Source: a virus. From it: a stretch of 64,000 nt of DNA. Positions 50,722 through 61,800 of this stretch are shown one piece after another. The notes under the pieces are model-generated. The model saw only the letters and a program-made list of their open reading frames with translations. It made no database searches and was not told the origin of the DNA. The stretch is taken from the IMG/VR virus record IMGVR_UViG_3300046169_000081, positions 2,406-66,405 of that record; one strand, given 5' to 3'. The translations under genes were made by a program, and so were the position numbers. Numbering within the stretch: the first letter of the stretch is position 1; every line of letters starts with the position of its first letter.

Positions 50722-53700
50722 TTATTCTTTAATGTTTGCCATTGTTTGCTCGTATGCTAATTTAGCACTTTCTTGCGTAGCACCTGGAACTTTTCTCATA
50801 TATTCTTTAGTCCAACTTTCTTCAGTTAAACTTGCAGCTCTAGATTGCATTTCTAATAAATTATTTTGTACATTCTGTGCCTCTAAAGATTGCATAATTT
50901 TATTAAATCTATTATTCAAATCTTTTGAATAATCTTGAGATTCATCATACCTTAATATAACTTCATTTTGAGCATAAGTAGTGTATTGATTATTTATATC
51001 TGTAGCGTTTGGGTCAAATTGATTTAACTCATAACTAACAACAAATTCATTTGGTTTAGTTTTAAATATAGTAGCTTTACCAGGACTAAACAAACTACCG
51101 TCACCTGTATAAGTATAACTTTGGTTAGGTGATAAATCAATTTGTTGTTCTAAAAAAGACTGTCTTGAATTGTTATATGCACCTGGATTAACATCTGTAT
51201 TTCTATCAAATACAACCATTAGACCGTTATTCAAAACTTTTTTCATTGCTTCCAGACTTATATTTTCTGGTAAATTATTACTATTGCTAAATTTTTTGAT
51301 TATTTCAGCATCAAAATCACTATACTGATATGCTGCAGTAGGTGTTCTAATTTCTTCTCCCTCATCATCTAAAATTGAAGGTCCAAGGTTTGGAAAGTAA
51401 GTCAAACTAAATGTACCAACTTTAGTTTCTCCTGCTTCTAACATGCCTTTTAAAAACTCAGCAGCTTTTTGACTTTCAGTTTTAGTAACACCTTCACTTA
51501 TATTTAGGTTTTCTATTACACTTGTATCATCCGGCCTCATAATAACTTGAGTACCTAAACCACCCGCTTTACCAGATATTTGTTGTTGATAAATAGAAGT
51601 AGCAAGTAAATCATTAGCTCTTGTTCCTGGTTCAGGGTTGTTATCTGTCCGAACAGTTTCTGTCGCTACAAATGCAACATCAGTAGTGGAAGCAGCACCT
51701 AAGCCTCTATCAAGAGAAATAAAAGTTTTGGATGGTACCATGCTTTGTTCTTTAACAATATGTTCTTTTATAGCATCCCATATATAGCTTGACTTTCCAT
51801 CCATTGCATCATAGTCCCATGCATTTGGTATATACATCATTGATGGGATAGAAGTTCCAGTAGAAATAGTTTCAAATTCCCCATCTTTCCAATTTGGATC
51901 ATCATCACCATCGCTGGCTTTATTTGTTCCAGATGGATCAAAGTTTTTTATCTTACCTGCTTTAGCTTCCTCTCTAAAAAGATCCATGTACTCTTTTTTA
52001 TTCATGAATCTTTTTACACCATTTTCTTCTGTATAGGGTAATGGATATCCTTGTTTTACAAGCTCATTGAAAGTATTATCACTTTCTTGTAATGCAACTT
52101 TTGCATTTTTACCTGCTTGATAAAAAGTCTCTGCATTTTGCGCAACAGTTTTATTAAATAAATCTTCTCTTAATACTAAACCAGATTTTTCATAATCATT
52201 AGGGTCTTGTCTAAACAGTTGATTATAAATATTATCATACCTGCCGCCAGGTTGTAAATACTCCGGTGTCTTTTCTTGATAAACTTTATCTCTGTTTTTA
52301 AACCATTTAGATTGCTCATCAAACATTTTAACAATATCTTGATAGTATTGCAATTGATCTGTTTCAATTACTGCACCATCTTCTTCTATTCTTTTTTTCT
52401 TTTTAAGCTCATTTGTTATTTGCAGAGGTGTACCTGTAAAATCAAACTGAGTACCATCTTCTTTTGTAAGCTTTATAGTGTAAGTATTATCAGGATTTTG
52501 ATATCTAACAGATAACATATCTCCTAATAAACCCGCCTTTTCAGAAGTAATTCCTAATTCTTTATCAGCAATTGCATCATTATTAGCTTTTATTGGATCA
52601 ACATTTACAAACTTTCCATCCTTCATTTGATAGGTAGTTGAAAGAACATCCGAAAAATTAAAACCTGAACCAGCTCTTGCATTAGCTAAAGCGTCTTGAC
52701 CAACTATTTTACCTTCTGCTTGTAATTTTATTAAATCAGTTTCCCTATTATATTCAGCAAGATCCATCCTATCTTCTTGCTTAATATCTTCTAGTTCTTT
52801 ATCATACCAAGCTTTTACTCTAATCTTTTGAAGTTCATATTTGTATTTCTCATCTTGAAGAGTAAATGGATCTTCTTTAATTTTTAATGATCTTTCTAAA
52901 TTACTAAAGTTATAAGCAGCCCTACGCATATCCTGATCCATATAATAGCTAGATAACATTGAATATGCTTTTGACATAAGTGCTTGATCATCAATATCGG
53001 GTGACTCTGCAACTTTATTAAGGCCAATTCTTTTTTCTAAATCTGCCTGTAATTGTTCACTGTATGATTTTTCTTTTTCAACATAATTTTGTTCTGCCGG
53101 TGTTAAACCTTTATTAGCGGAATAATTATCCCACTTTACAACAACATTATTACTATCTTTTATCTGGTTTTTTGTATTGTCAATTTTTTGTTTATTAAGT
53201 TGATCAAGCCTTAAAACTTGTTCTTGAGCCCAGTTGTTCATAGCTTGTTGCTCAGAAATACTTCCATCTTGAGAAGCTTGAGTTGCATACCTTTTTGAAT
53301 CTACATATGCTTTTGTGTTATACCACTTAGTAACTCTAGGGTCATCATATAAGCCAGACATAATTTGGTTATAAGCATCTATCTCAACACGTTTACCACC
53401 TTTTTCAGTAATGATCCATTTATTAGGTGTATCATCTTTTGTTCCTAGTATTCCGTCAGGTCCTGAAGTGTCTTGGAGCCTATCATACTCTTCAAACTTA
53501 TAACCAAGATCTTGAAGATACTTTTGACCTAAAGTTGCCATATCAGGATCTTCAACAAACTCAGGAAGTCTCATTCCTAAAGCTTGGTTAGCGGATGCAT
53601 TTTGAAATTCTTGTAATCTATAATTCATTGCCTCGGTAGCAATTGGATTAAATTTATCTCTTACTTCTTGTATTGGACTTTGTGCAAGTTGTTCAGCATA

Positions 53701-54057
53701 ACGCATTTGTTGTTTATATGTTGAAGTATAAACCATATCTTTTGCAACAACATCATCTTCAAAAAAAGGAGCAAACACACCTTTAGCTGCATCTACATTT
53801 TTAGCAATAGATAAATCAAGACCAGAAATCTTTTGCATCTCTGGAGCTAACTTTTCAATAAAGTGTTTCTGAAAATCTTTAGTGTCTTCTCTAGACAAAT
53901 CAGAATATATCCTGCTATACAGATCATTAGTAGCCTGCCAACCCGCTTGATACTTAGCTTCTCTTGCATCTAATGTAGCATTAAGAAACTTATAATCAGG
54001 GGTAAACGGTTTAATATCCGGGTAAAAATTCTTTTCTCCTTTTATATATGTTGCCAT
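50722..54057 (-). CDS. virion cargo protein (1111 aa)
   Basis: Position upstream of vRNAP; helical Q/K/E-rich; N-terminal PFTPDYKFL. Confidence 0.65.
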   Translation of the reverse strand: MATYIKGEKNFYPDIKPFTPDYKFLNATLDAREAKYQAGWQATNDLYSRIYSDLSREDTKDFQKHFIEKLAPEMQKISGLDLSIAKNVDAAKGVFAPFFEDDVVAKDMVYTSTYKQQMRYAEQLAQSPIQEVRDKFNPIATEAMNYRLQEFQNASANQALGMRLPEFVEDPDMATLGQKYLQDLGYKFEEYDRLQDTSGPDGILGTKDDTPNKWIITEKGGKRVEIDAYNQIMSGLYDDPRVTKWYNTKAYVDSKRYATQASQDGSISEQQAMNNWAQEQVLRLDQLNKQKIDNTKNQIKDSNNVVVKWDNYSANKGLTPAEQNYVEKEKSYSEQLQADLEKRIGLNKVAESPDIDDQALMSKAYSMLSSYYMDQDMRRAAYNFSNLERSLKIKEDPFTLQDEKYKYELQKIRVKAWYDKELEDIKQEDRMDLAEYNRETDLIKLQAEGKIVGQDALANARAGSGFNFSDVLSTTYQMKDGKFVNVDPIKANNDAIADKELGITSEKAGLLGDMLSVRYQNPDNTYTIKLTKEDGTQFDFTGTPLQITNELKKKKRIEEDGAVIETDQLQYYQDIVKMFDEQSKWFKNRDKVYQEKTPEYLQPGGRYDNIYNQLFRQDPNDYEKSGLVLREDLFNKTVAQNAETFYQAGKNAKVALQESDNTFNELVKQGYPLPYTEENGVKRFMNKKEYMDLFREEAKAGKIKNFDPSGTNKASDGDDDPNWKDGEFETISTGTSIPSMMYIPNAWDYDAMDGKSSYIWDAIKEHIVKEQSMVPSKTFISLDRGLGAASTTDVAFVATETVRTDNNPEPGTRANDLLATSIYQQQISGKAGGLGTQVIMRPDDTSVIENLNISEGVTKTESQKAAEFLKGMLEAGETKVGTFSLTYFPNLGPSILDDEGEEIRTPTAAYQYSDFDAEIIKKFSNSNNLPENISLEAMKKVLNNGLMVVFDRNTDVNPGAYNNSRQSFLEQQIDLSPNQSYTYTGDGSLFSPGKATIFKTKPNEFVVSYELNQFDPNATDINNQYTTYAQNEVILRYDESQDYSKDLNNRFNKIMQSLEAQNVQNNLLEMQSRAASLTEESWTKEYMRKVPGATQESAKLAYEQTMANIKE

Positions 54058-54061
54058 AATT

Positions 54062-54073
54062 CAAATTTACTAA
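54062..54073 (-). promoter_or_regulatory. putative TAAATTTG -7 box immediately before ORF 54057
   Basis: Minus strand TTAGTAAATTTG ends 4 nt before the ATG (would give a near-leaderless mRNA). Confidence 0.3.
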
Positions 54074-54116
54074 TATTTATAAAGTTTATCAACTAATATA
54101 AATAAACCTTTAATGT

Positions 54117-56936
54117 TTACATACCCATCTTACCCGTATAGAATGGATAAGCAAATGGTTTTATTTCTTTTCCTTTTCTTCCTGTTAATCCATCTGTTCT
54201 TACAGAAGGTGCATTACTAGTTAACCCAGAAGCATTGGGATTACTACCGCTTTCAAAATCATTATAATTTTGACTTTTCTTTTTGCGTGAACCAGTCTGA
54301 CCTGTTAACAAATAATCTACACGGTTTTCTATTTCATCTTCAGGCATATCTGGATATTGTTCTATTAACCTATCTCTTGTTTGAATATACGTATCCATTC
54401 TTTTTTGTTGATCAGTTCTATCATCCGTATCTACTTCAAATGGTTTAGCATACTTTTGAGATTGAACACCACCTGCAGATGGGTCAGCTTTATAGTAATC
54501 TTTAAGCTGATTCATATTAAATGTATTAGCTCTGTTAGTTATAGCTTGATTATATAACTCATTTGTTTTTTGCTTATCCCAATTTTCAAAATCAATATAT
54601 CTTTGTAAGGCTGTAACCGTACTGTCATACTCATCTTTATACGCTTGTGCATTTGCAACACCAGTTCTTAAATTAAGCTGTGCTTGTGGCAATGCAACAC
54701 TATTCATAATTTTTATATTATTAGTGTTTACTGATCCTACATCTTTAGCAAGTTGACCAACTGCTTTACCAAATAAGTTTGAACCTGCAACTTTACCTTT
54801 ACCAAAAGCTCTAAGATTTTGAGCCATGGTATTTAATGCTGCATTAGTCATATTTGCTCTACCAGTCCAATCATCTAATACGTAATCAATTTCTTCATTA
54901 GGTACTTTAGGAATGTTTGGTAAAAACAATGGATTCTCTAAAGAAGCTTGAGTTGCTAAATTATTAAGATCTTGCCACCACCATTCTGGTTTCTCTTGCT
55001 CTGGCATCTCTAAAGTATTAGGATCTCTTGGTTGTAATGTATCTTTAACTTCTTCTTCTAAAATTTCTTGCTCCTTTGTTCTAATATAACTTCTAGCTTT
55101 ATTAAATGTATCTAAACCTAGTTTACCATCTATACCACTACCCGGTCTATCACCAGGAAATAAAACTCTTGGTTCCGTTTCATTCTTTTGAGCAAACTCA
55201 TTTTCAACTTCTTGCATTGCATTTTGCATAGCAGTCCACTGTTTCTTATAAGCTTTAGCTTGTGCATCAACAGGATTACTACCGCTCCATTTTCCTTGTG
55301 GCATATTATAATCAAAACCAGGAACTTTAGATGCAGCATCTCCCCATCTTAGCATAAAATCTTTTTCTGCTATATCAGTACTTAAGTCTGCTCCAAATGA
55401 GTTTGAAGCCTCACCCATAGAAGATTGAATTTTTGGTCTGTTTTGCCCAGAGTAAATACCTTTTCTAATTCTAGCATTATCGGGAAAACCTTCATAAACT
55501 TCTATTAACTCATTTGTTATTTCGTCTGTAACAGGAATACTACCCTGTCCTTGAACATCAATTGATTGTTGTTTATATTCTGTAAAATCTTCAAACAAAC
55601 TTGGGCCTGCTGGCTCAATTAATTTGTAATTTGTTTTACCGCTTACTTTATCCCTGGATTCAACTAATTGATATCCTTGCATAATTTTTTCTGTAAACAA
55701 ATCTCTTTTAGGATGTCCTATAGGAAGAGGATTACTTTCTTCTGCTTGAGCTCTTGTAATTTTACCATCAGTATCTTCAGTAGTTGTTTGTTGAGTTTCT
55801 TCTTGTCTACTTTGTTTTTTATATTCTGCAGGAAAAAATGCCCCTAACTCTGAATCATATACGTAAGCTCCTCTATCTTCTTTTTTAACATCTGGTAAAC
55901 CAATTCTATCATAATACTCATTATATCCTTCACCATCTTGAGGAGAATCATAACCTACTGTTTGCACTGTTACTCCTCCATTATCACTATCCTTTTGTTC
56001 TGTACCATCTTGAGCCTTTGCTAGTTCGCCTCCTTTTTTAAGTGTAGCTGTAAGTTCTTGATCTGCAATTGCTACATCAGCTTCATTGGGTGCTCCTTGT
56101 GAATCTGGTAATGCTAATTCTCTAGATGAATCTTGAACTGCACCTGCATTAGGATTTTCAATGTTTTGCATCATAGCTTGTAAACGCAGAATTTGATCTT
56201 GTTGTTCTGGTGGCAATGATGCAATAAAATTAAGCTCAGCTTGTTGTCTTGATTGTTCTTCAATTTGTGCGGTAAAATCAATTGGATCTATACCCTGTTC
56301 TTGCAAATATGGATATGCAGCTAAAGGCACACCGTCTTCAAAACCTTTCTTAAGTTCTTGTCCAAAAGCAAGCTTTGATAAACTTCTCATATTTTTACTT
56401 AACATCATATCTGCACTTCTTGTAGATATTTCATCAGCATACTGATCATTTATTTGTGCTAAGTATTCATTTAGTTTAAATTTTTTAGATACCTGAGCTG
56501 GAGTTTTTTTCTTTCTGGATTCTATACCAAACTCTGCTAACTCAGATCTATCCATCTTCATTGCATTAGTATCAGAAAAAATAAATGACTGTTCTGGTAA
56601 ATACATAGGAACTCCACCTTGAGAGTGTCTTGGTCCTGTTATATCATACAAACCAAACTGACCATTATTATTTAAATCAGTTAAAACAGTTTCTCCACCT
56701 TCAGCTTCTATATTGGCATCTTCTCTTGGCACACTAGATAAACTATATCTTACAGATGTATCTTTATCATCATTAAAATTTGTATCTCCATAGAATTCTT
56801 CTGGAGTTGTAACCAAACCATACTCTGCTTGATCACCAGTAACAAGGCCACCATCTCTTTTGATAGTTTTCTTTTTTACTTTACCATCAACTAATTCAAA
56901 ACCTTTTGGTAATTTATTTATCTTAACTTTTGCCAT
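54117..56936 (-). CDS. virion cargo protein (939 aa) with crAss-type N-terminal domain
   Basis: ANIEAEGGETV...GPRHSQGGVP...FIFSD motif; GG linkers KRDGG and LKKGGELAKAQDG. Confidence 0.7.
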   Translation of the reverse strand: MAKVKINKLPKGFELVDGKVKKKTIKRDGGLVTGDQAEYGLVTTPEEFYGDTNFNDDKDTSVRYSLSSVPREDANIEAEGGETVLTDLNNNGQFGLYDITGPRHSQGGVPMYLPEQSFIFSDTNAMKMDRSELAEFGIESRKKKTPAQVSKKFKLNEYLAQINDQYADEISTRSADMMLSKNMRSLSKLAFGQELKKGFEDGVPLAAYPYLQEQGIDPIDFTAQIEEQSRQQAELNFIASLPPEQQDQILRLQAMMQNIENPNAGAVQDSSRELALPDSQGAPNEADVAIADQELTATLKKGGELAKAQDGTEQKDSDNGGVTVQTVGYDSPQDGEGYNEYYDRIGLPDVKKEDRGAYVYDSELGAFFPAEYKKQSRQEETQQTTTEDTDGKITRAQAEESNPLPIGHPKRDLFTEKIMQGYQLVESRDKVSGKTNYKLIEPAGPSLFEDFTEYKQQSIDVQGQGSIPVTDEITNELIEVYEGFPDNARIRKGIYSGQNRPKIQSSMGEASNSFGADLSTDIAEKDFMLRWGDAASKVPGFDYNMPQGKWSGSNPVDAQAKAYKKQWTAMQNAMQEVENEFAQKNETEPRVLFPGDRPGSGIDGKLGLDTFNKARSYIRTKEQEILEEEVKDTLQPRDPNTLEMPEQEKPEWWWQDLNNLATQASLENPLFLPNIPKVPNEEIDYVLDDWTGRANMTNAALNTMAQNLRAFGKGKVAGSNLFGKAVGQLAKDVGSVNTNNIKIMNSVALPQAQLNLRTGVANAQAYKDEYDSTVTALQRYIDFENWDKQKTNELYNQAITNRANTFNMNQLKDYYKADPSAGGVQSQKYAKPFEVDTDDRTDQQKRMDTYIQTRDRLIEQYPDMPEDEIENRVDYLLTGQTGSRKKKSQNYNDFESGSNPNASGLTSNAPSVRTDGLTGRKGKEIKPFAYPFYTGKMGM

Positions 56937-56938
56937 AA

Positions 56939-58789
56939 TTATAATATTTCTATGTCAGCTCCAGCTGCAATTAGTTGTGCTATCATATCTTGTGATAATT
57001 CTAATACTTCACCACCTTGTTGCATTTCATCTTTATGCAGGTAACCCATATCAGCCATTCTTTCATGATCAGCTTTTACATTAGCTTTATAACCTTTATT
57101 TGTTTTAGGATCAAACATCATATGAGGTTTAAACTCTCCTCCTTCTTTTGCAGTTCCAGAAAAACTATAAGGACTGCCTGCAAAGTTCATGTAGTATCCT
57201 GCTACTCTATCTGCTTCACTACCCAATTGTCCAGATAAAGCATCATAAGTACCTCTAGTTCTTGGGCCTGACATTTTTGTTGCATACTTATAATCAGCGC
57301 CAGATCTTTCTTCAAGTTGATCTTGAGCTTCTAAATAAGTTTTTTGATCTGCAATTCTATTATATAAACCAGCAAAATCAGATGCTGCTCCTAATATAGA
57401 AGCACCAGCTCTTACATATGGATTATCACCCAATCTATCTATTGTACCAGATATTGGGTTGTTAACATTAATTTCTGGTTGAAAGTTAACATCATTATAC
57501 ATGTCTTCTAGATTAGGTCTATCAACAGTTCCATAAGCGGGTACACCTGTACCCTCTCCACCATCTATATCCATAACATCCGGTATGCCATCACCATCTG
57601 CATCAGGATTAAAACCCGGTGTTTCAAAACCCATTTGTGCACTATAAACAGATCCACCAAACATTTTATTATATATACTGTCAAACATACTTCTTGCAGT
57701 ATCCATATTTGTAATACTTGGATTCTTTTGTAACCATTGTTCAAACGTTGGTTTTGCTACTGTCAAGTCTGATACTTGTTTATCAGCTTTTGCTTTATTT
57801 TCTTGAGTTTGATATTGTAATTCTTGTGCTTCTGCAGTTGCCCAATCTTTAAATTTATTGATATTTTCTTCTGATCTTACATCACTAAAATCAAGATCTA
57901 CATCATAATATTTATATTTGTCAGCTTTATACTGATCTACTTTATCTCCAAAGTTGCTAAACTCACCTTTAACATCTCCAATTACAGTTCCCACAGTATT
58001 AACGATATCAAATAATGGATTTACTGCTGGAGGTGGCATCATTGGTAATACTGCATATTGTGGATCTGGAAAATAATATTGATCCTGTCTTTGCAAATTT
58101 TTATAAAATGCATCATTTGCTATTTCACTTTCATCTGGAATAAAGACACCGTTTATTATTTCACCTTTTGGTTGTCCACCACTTTGAAAATTGCTAATAG
58201 CTCTTTTTACATAACCCATAGCATTATCTACATCACCTCCAAATTCTTTATTCCAACCAGCTGCATTTTTTGCAAAGTTTGCCATTTTAACAACATCAGT
58301 TGTATATCTATCTTTATTTGACATTACTTTATTTGCCGCGTCAGAAACAGTCATGCCTCTTTTCTTTGCCCATGCTGTAAACTTACCTTTGTTCTCAGGT
58401 TTAATTTCAATACCAGACTTAGCCATACCCATCATTTGATTTTCTTGAGCGGCTTCTTGTTCTTCTTGTTTAATTATATCTTCATTTCTTGAAAGTAACT
58501 CTGGATTTGAATTTACTTCTTCTGGAGTAGATGGTTGAGTGCTTCTTTCTATTTGTTCAAATAAAGACATAATATCTTCTTCAGCCATACCAACCATCAT
58601 AAGCGCTTGAGCAATAACTTGTTGATCTACTTGATTTTGAACAAGTGCTGCTACAACCTCTTGCGGGTTTTGACCTTCTTGTACAGATGAAGCAATAGCT
58701 TGAGATATCTCCATAACTTGTGGATCAACTTGCTGTTGAGCCTCACCTCCCGTTTGTTTTAAACTTATTTTGTTTAGTTCCACACTCAT
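56939..58789 (-). CDS. virion cargo protein (616 aa), GG-punctuated modules
   Basis: IEIKPENKGKFTAWA...MANFAKNAAGW module, DADGDGIPDVMDID Ca-binding-like loop, repeated xxGG linkers. Confidence 0.65.
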   Translation of the reverse strand: MSVELNKISLKQTGGEAQQQVDPQVMEISQAIASSVQEGQNPQEVVAALVQNQVDQQVIAQALMMVGMAEEDIMSLFEQIERSTQPSTPEEVNSNPELLSRNEDIIKQEEQEAAQENQMMGMAKSGIEIKPENKGKFTAWAKKRGMTVSDAANKVMSNKDRYTTDVVKMANFAKNAAGWNKEFGGDVDNAMGYVKRAISNFQSGGQPKGEIINGVFIPDESEIANDAFYKNLQRQDQYYFPDPQYAVLPMMPPPAVNPLFDIVNTVGTVIGDVKGEFSNFGDKVDQYKADKYKYYDVDLDFSDVRSEENINKFKDWATAEAQELQYQTQENKAKADKQVSDLTVAKPTFEQWLQKNPSITNMDTARSMFDSIYNKMFGGSVYSAQMGFETPGFNPDADGDGIPDVMDIDGGEGTGVPAYGTVDRPNLEDMYNDVNFQPEINVNNPISGTIDRLGDNPYVRAGASILGAASDFAGLYNRIADQKTYLEAQDQLEERSGADYKYATKMSGPRTRGTYDALSGQLGSEADRVAGYYMNFAGSPYSFSGTAKEGGEFKPHMMFDPKTNKGYKANVKADHERMADMGYLHKDEMQQGGEVLELSQDMIAQLIAAGADIEIL

Positions 58790-58802
58790 AATATTATATT
58801 AT

Positions 58803-58816
58803 TAATATACAAATAA
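58803..58816 (-). promoter_or_regulatory. putative phage promoter motif TTATTTGTATATTA
   Basis: Intergenic, 13 nt upstream of ORF 58789; same core as the other copies. Confidence 0.5.
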
Positions 58817-58843
58817 TTAAGGACAATCACTAATTTTTAAGGT

Positions 58844-61800
58844 TTAAGAACTCTTCATTACATAAGTAAGAATATAATTTGGAACTGACATTCCAAGTCC
58901 TTTTGCATCTGTATAATGTACTCTGTTTAATTTATCATAAATACTTTTACTTGTATCATCTGTTGCACCACCCATAACATACTTTTTATATATATCATAA
59001 AGGGTTAATTCACCACCACCTTCAAAAGAACTATATCCACCCTCAATACCTTCTTTTTCTGCTGCATTAAAACTTTCTAAAAAAGAATTTCTATCTCCTT
59101 GGCTTTCAACATTTTTATGTCCTTTTAACCAAAGATCTTCTAGTTTCATTTTGCCTTCTGCATAATCAGCTAACTTTGCATCTGACTCAATTAAGTTTGC
59201 AAAGAACAAAGTATATTGATCTTGAGCATTTAATTCATCTGCTGACTTAGCATTTAAAATATCTGGGTTAGGCGTAAAACCTTTTGATTTAGCAATGTTT
59301 GTATATCTCTTTTGTGCAGTTTTTAATGATGGTGGTTCAAATTGAAATAAACCTCTACCCGGACCGCCAAGATACTGTTTAGCTTTAGGATCCATTCTTG
59401 CCCAAGGACCTGATTCATGAAAAGCTATTGTATCAGCAGCTTTACCCCATAACTCTTTAGTACCTCCCCTAGTATCAACAACATAATCTAATATATTATT
59501 AAAGTTTAATGTCTTAGCTTTTTGAAATTCAGGTTTTGGTTTAGCAAGATTTTCTATAAACTCTTGTTTTGTAAATCCATCTTTAGGTGGTATTACAACG
59601 CTATCATTAACAGGAGGATTCATTACAGCTTCTGGATTTTGTTGTCTATAATATTCCCAACTTTCTTTATCAAAAGGTGCTTGTCCGCCTTCTTGTAATT
59701 TATCTAATGGTACTTTTCTATAAGCAAAGAAAGGATCTTTTTTATAAAAATTAAAATTTTCAACATTTCTCATTTTTGGTTTCATGATGCCAATATCCCC
59801 AACCCATTTATTCATTGGTGTTGGATCTACCATCATATTTTGCATATAAGCCGGTTGAAAGTATGAATCCATACCTTGATATTTGATTGGATCTGATGGA
59901 TCAAACTCAATCAAATAATCAGCACTACCTGATCTACCTCTAGTATTACGTTTACCATCTAAACCAGATTTAGACTTTTTGTTATAATCAAAAAATGTTT
60001 CGCCCTTTTTAAAAAAAGGCCCTGGATATCTTTTACTAAGTTGGAACATTCCCGGTTGCAAATTTTGAAGTTCAGCAAGTTTTTCTGCAAAAACTCGCGG
60101 ACTTATTTCTTCACCCATTTCTCTTACAGTACGAGTTGCTTGTGCATCTCTAATTGCTGGTTCTCCAACTTGTCTTAACCATTTTTCATTTTCTTTATTA
60201 AACTGTAAAAACTCCGGAAGCTTTGAGTTTATATTATTATATGCCCAAGGGTTATATTTATATAAATCATTTTGAATAAACTCATCTATATAATTAGCAC
60301 CCTTTTTAATAGCAGGTTTTAATTTTTTTAAAAAAGCACCTAGCTGAGCTTTATCCAAATCACTAATATCTCCACCATACTTTTTATAAAAATCAGATAA
60401 ATTTTTTAATACTTCATCAGCATTACCTATAAAAGCAGAGGCACCTGGAATCTTGCCGGTTTCTCTTATTTGTTTTACAAGTGGTGGTGGTAAAACATAC
60501 TCACTAGAGATTGGCATATTACCCATACCACCACTCATGTTTAATGCTCGTTCAGTTGCTGTTCCTGTATATAAATTAAAGTTTTTAGCATCTGCTGGAT
60601 CAAAATACGCTGTTATCAATCTTCTAGGTGCTGCTGGCTCAAGAACTTCAATAAAATCAGCTTGACTCATAGCATCTTTTGTTTTATCAATATAAAATTT
60701 ACTTAACTTATCATTAAACCAATTTCCATCTTCATAATTACTAAATGATGTATTACTTACATTAGCATCCTCAACTCTGTTTAATCTTACAGCATCTTTT
60801 TTTGGTATTTTTTTTATTGACCCATCTCCGGTAACTACTTCAACTAACTCATCAAGTTTATCTAACGGTGCATTCTTAGCTACATTTTTTCCTTTTGATA
60901 ACCATGCAGGTACAATTGGTATTGCGCCTAATGCATCAAAACCAGCATCAAGATATTCTCCCTCCTCTGCATTACGTTTTGCAGATGCAGCATATTTAGC
61001 CCAAGCAAAAGGATTAATTGCATCAATCACTCCATCAAATGCATTTCTATTTTCTGCATTAATTGGTATGCTATCTGGTAAATCTTGATTTCTAGCTGAA
61101 TAGCCAAAAGCAGTCATAGGACTTGCTAAATAGTCTAATGCTTTCTCATACCATGCTGGTTCTTCATATTGAGATATGGTTGGTTGTTCTTTACCGCTTT
61201 GAGCAATTGGTACTCCACCATTTTTATATTTTGGATTAATTTGTATATCTCTAGATCTACTATCACCAAACATTCTCATAAGTTCCCTCATTCTGTTTTC
61301 GTCTCCTTCTACTTTCATTTCTTTTGACATCCAAGAAGGATTGGGGTTTGCCATGTTTGCATCTGGTGTTATAATAGCCTCATATGATGTAGGTATTCTT
61401 GGTACATTTATCTGACTAGTTTCTATTGAATTAGAAACAGTAAGAGGTGTTAATTTAGCAGAATTTAGTTTAGTAGGTGTTGGTATTTTATTTCTTACCT
61501 CCTTCATAAACCAATCTACAGGATAAGTATAGTTGTTTTTTCCAAAACTAAAAGAAACATACTCATCATCAACATCTTTTATTTCAAGGTCTTTAAAATC
61601 CTTGTCTTGATAAGATCTTTCAAATTTTAGTTTTTCTTTTATTTTATCTACAGTGATATCTGGTACTTTTACTTTTCCTCCATCTTGAGCAATAGGTAAA
61701 GCTTCTCCTCCACATTTATGACAAGTTGTTAGATCATTACCTCCATCTGCAGCTTTCCATTTCCAACCGCAACTATTACATTTCATAGTTTTAGTTAAAA

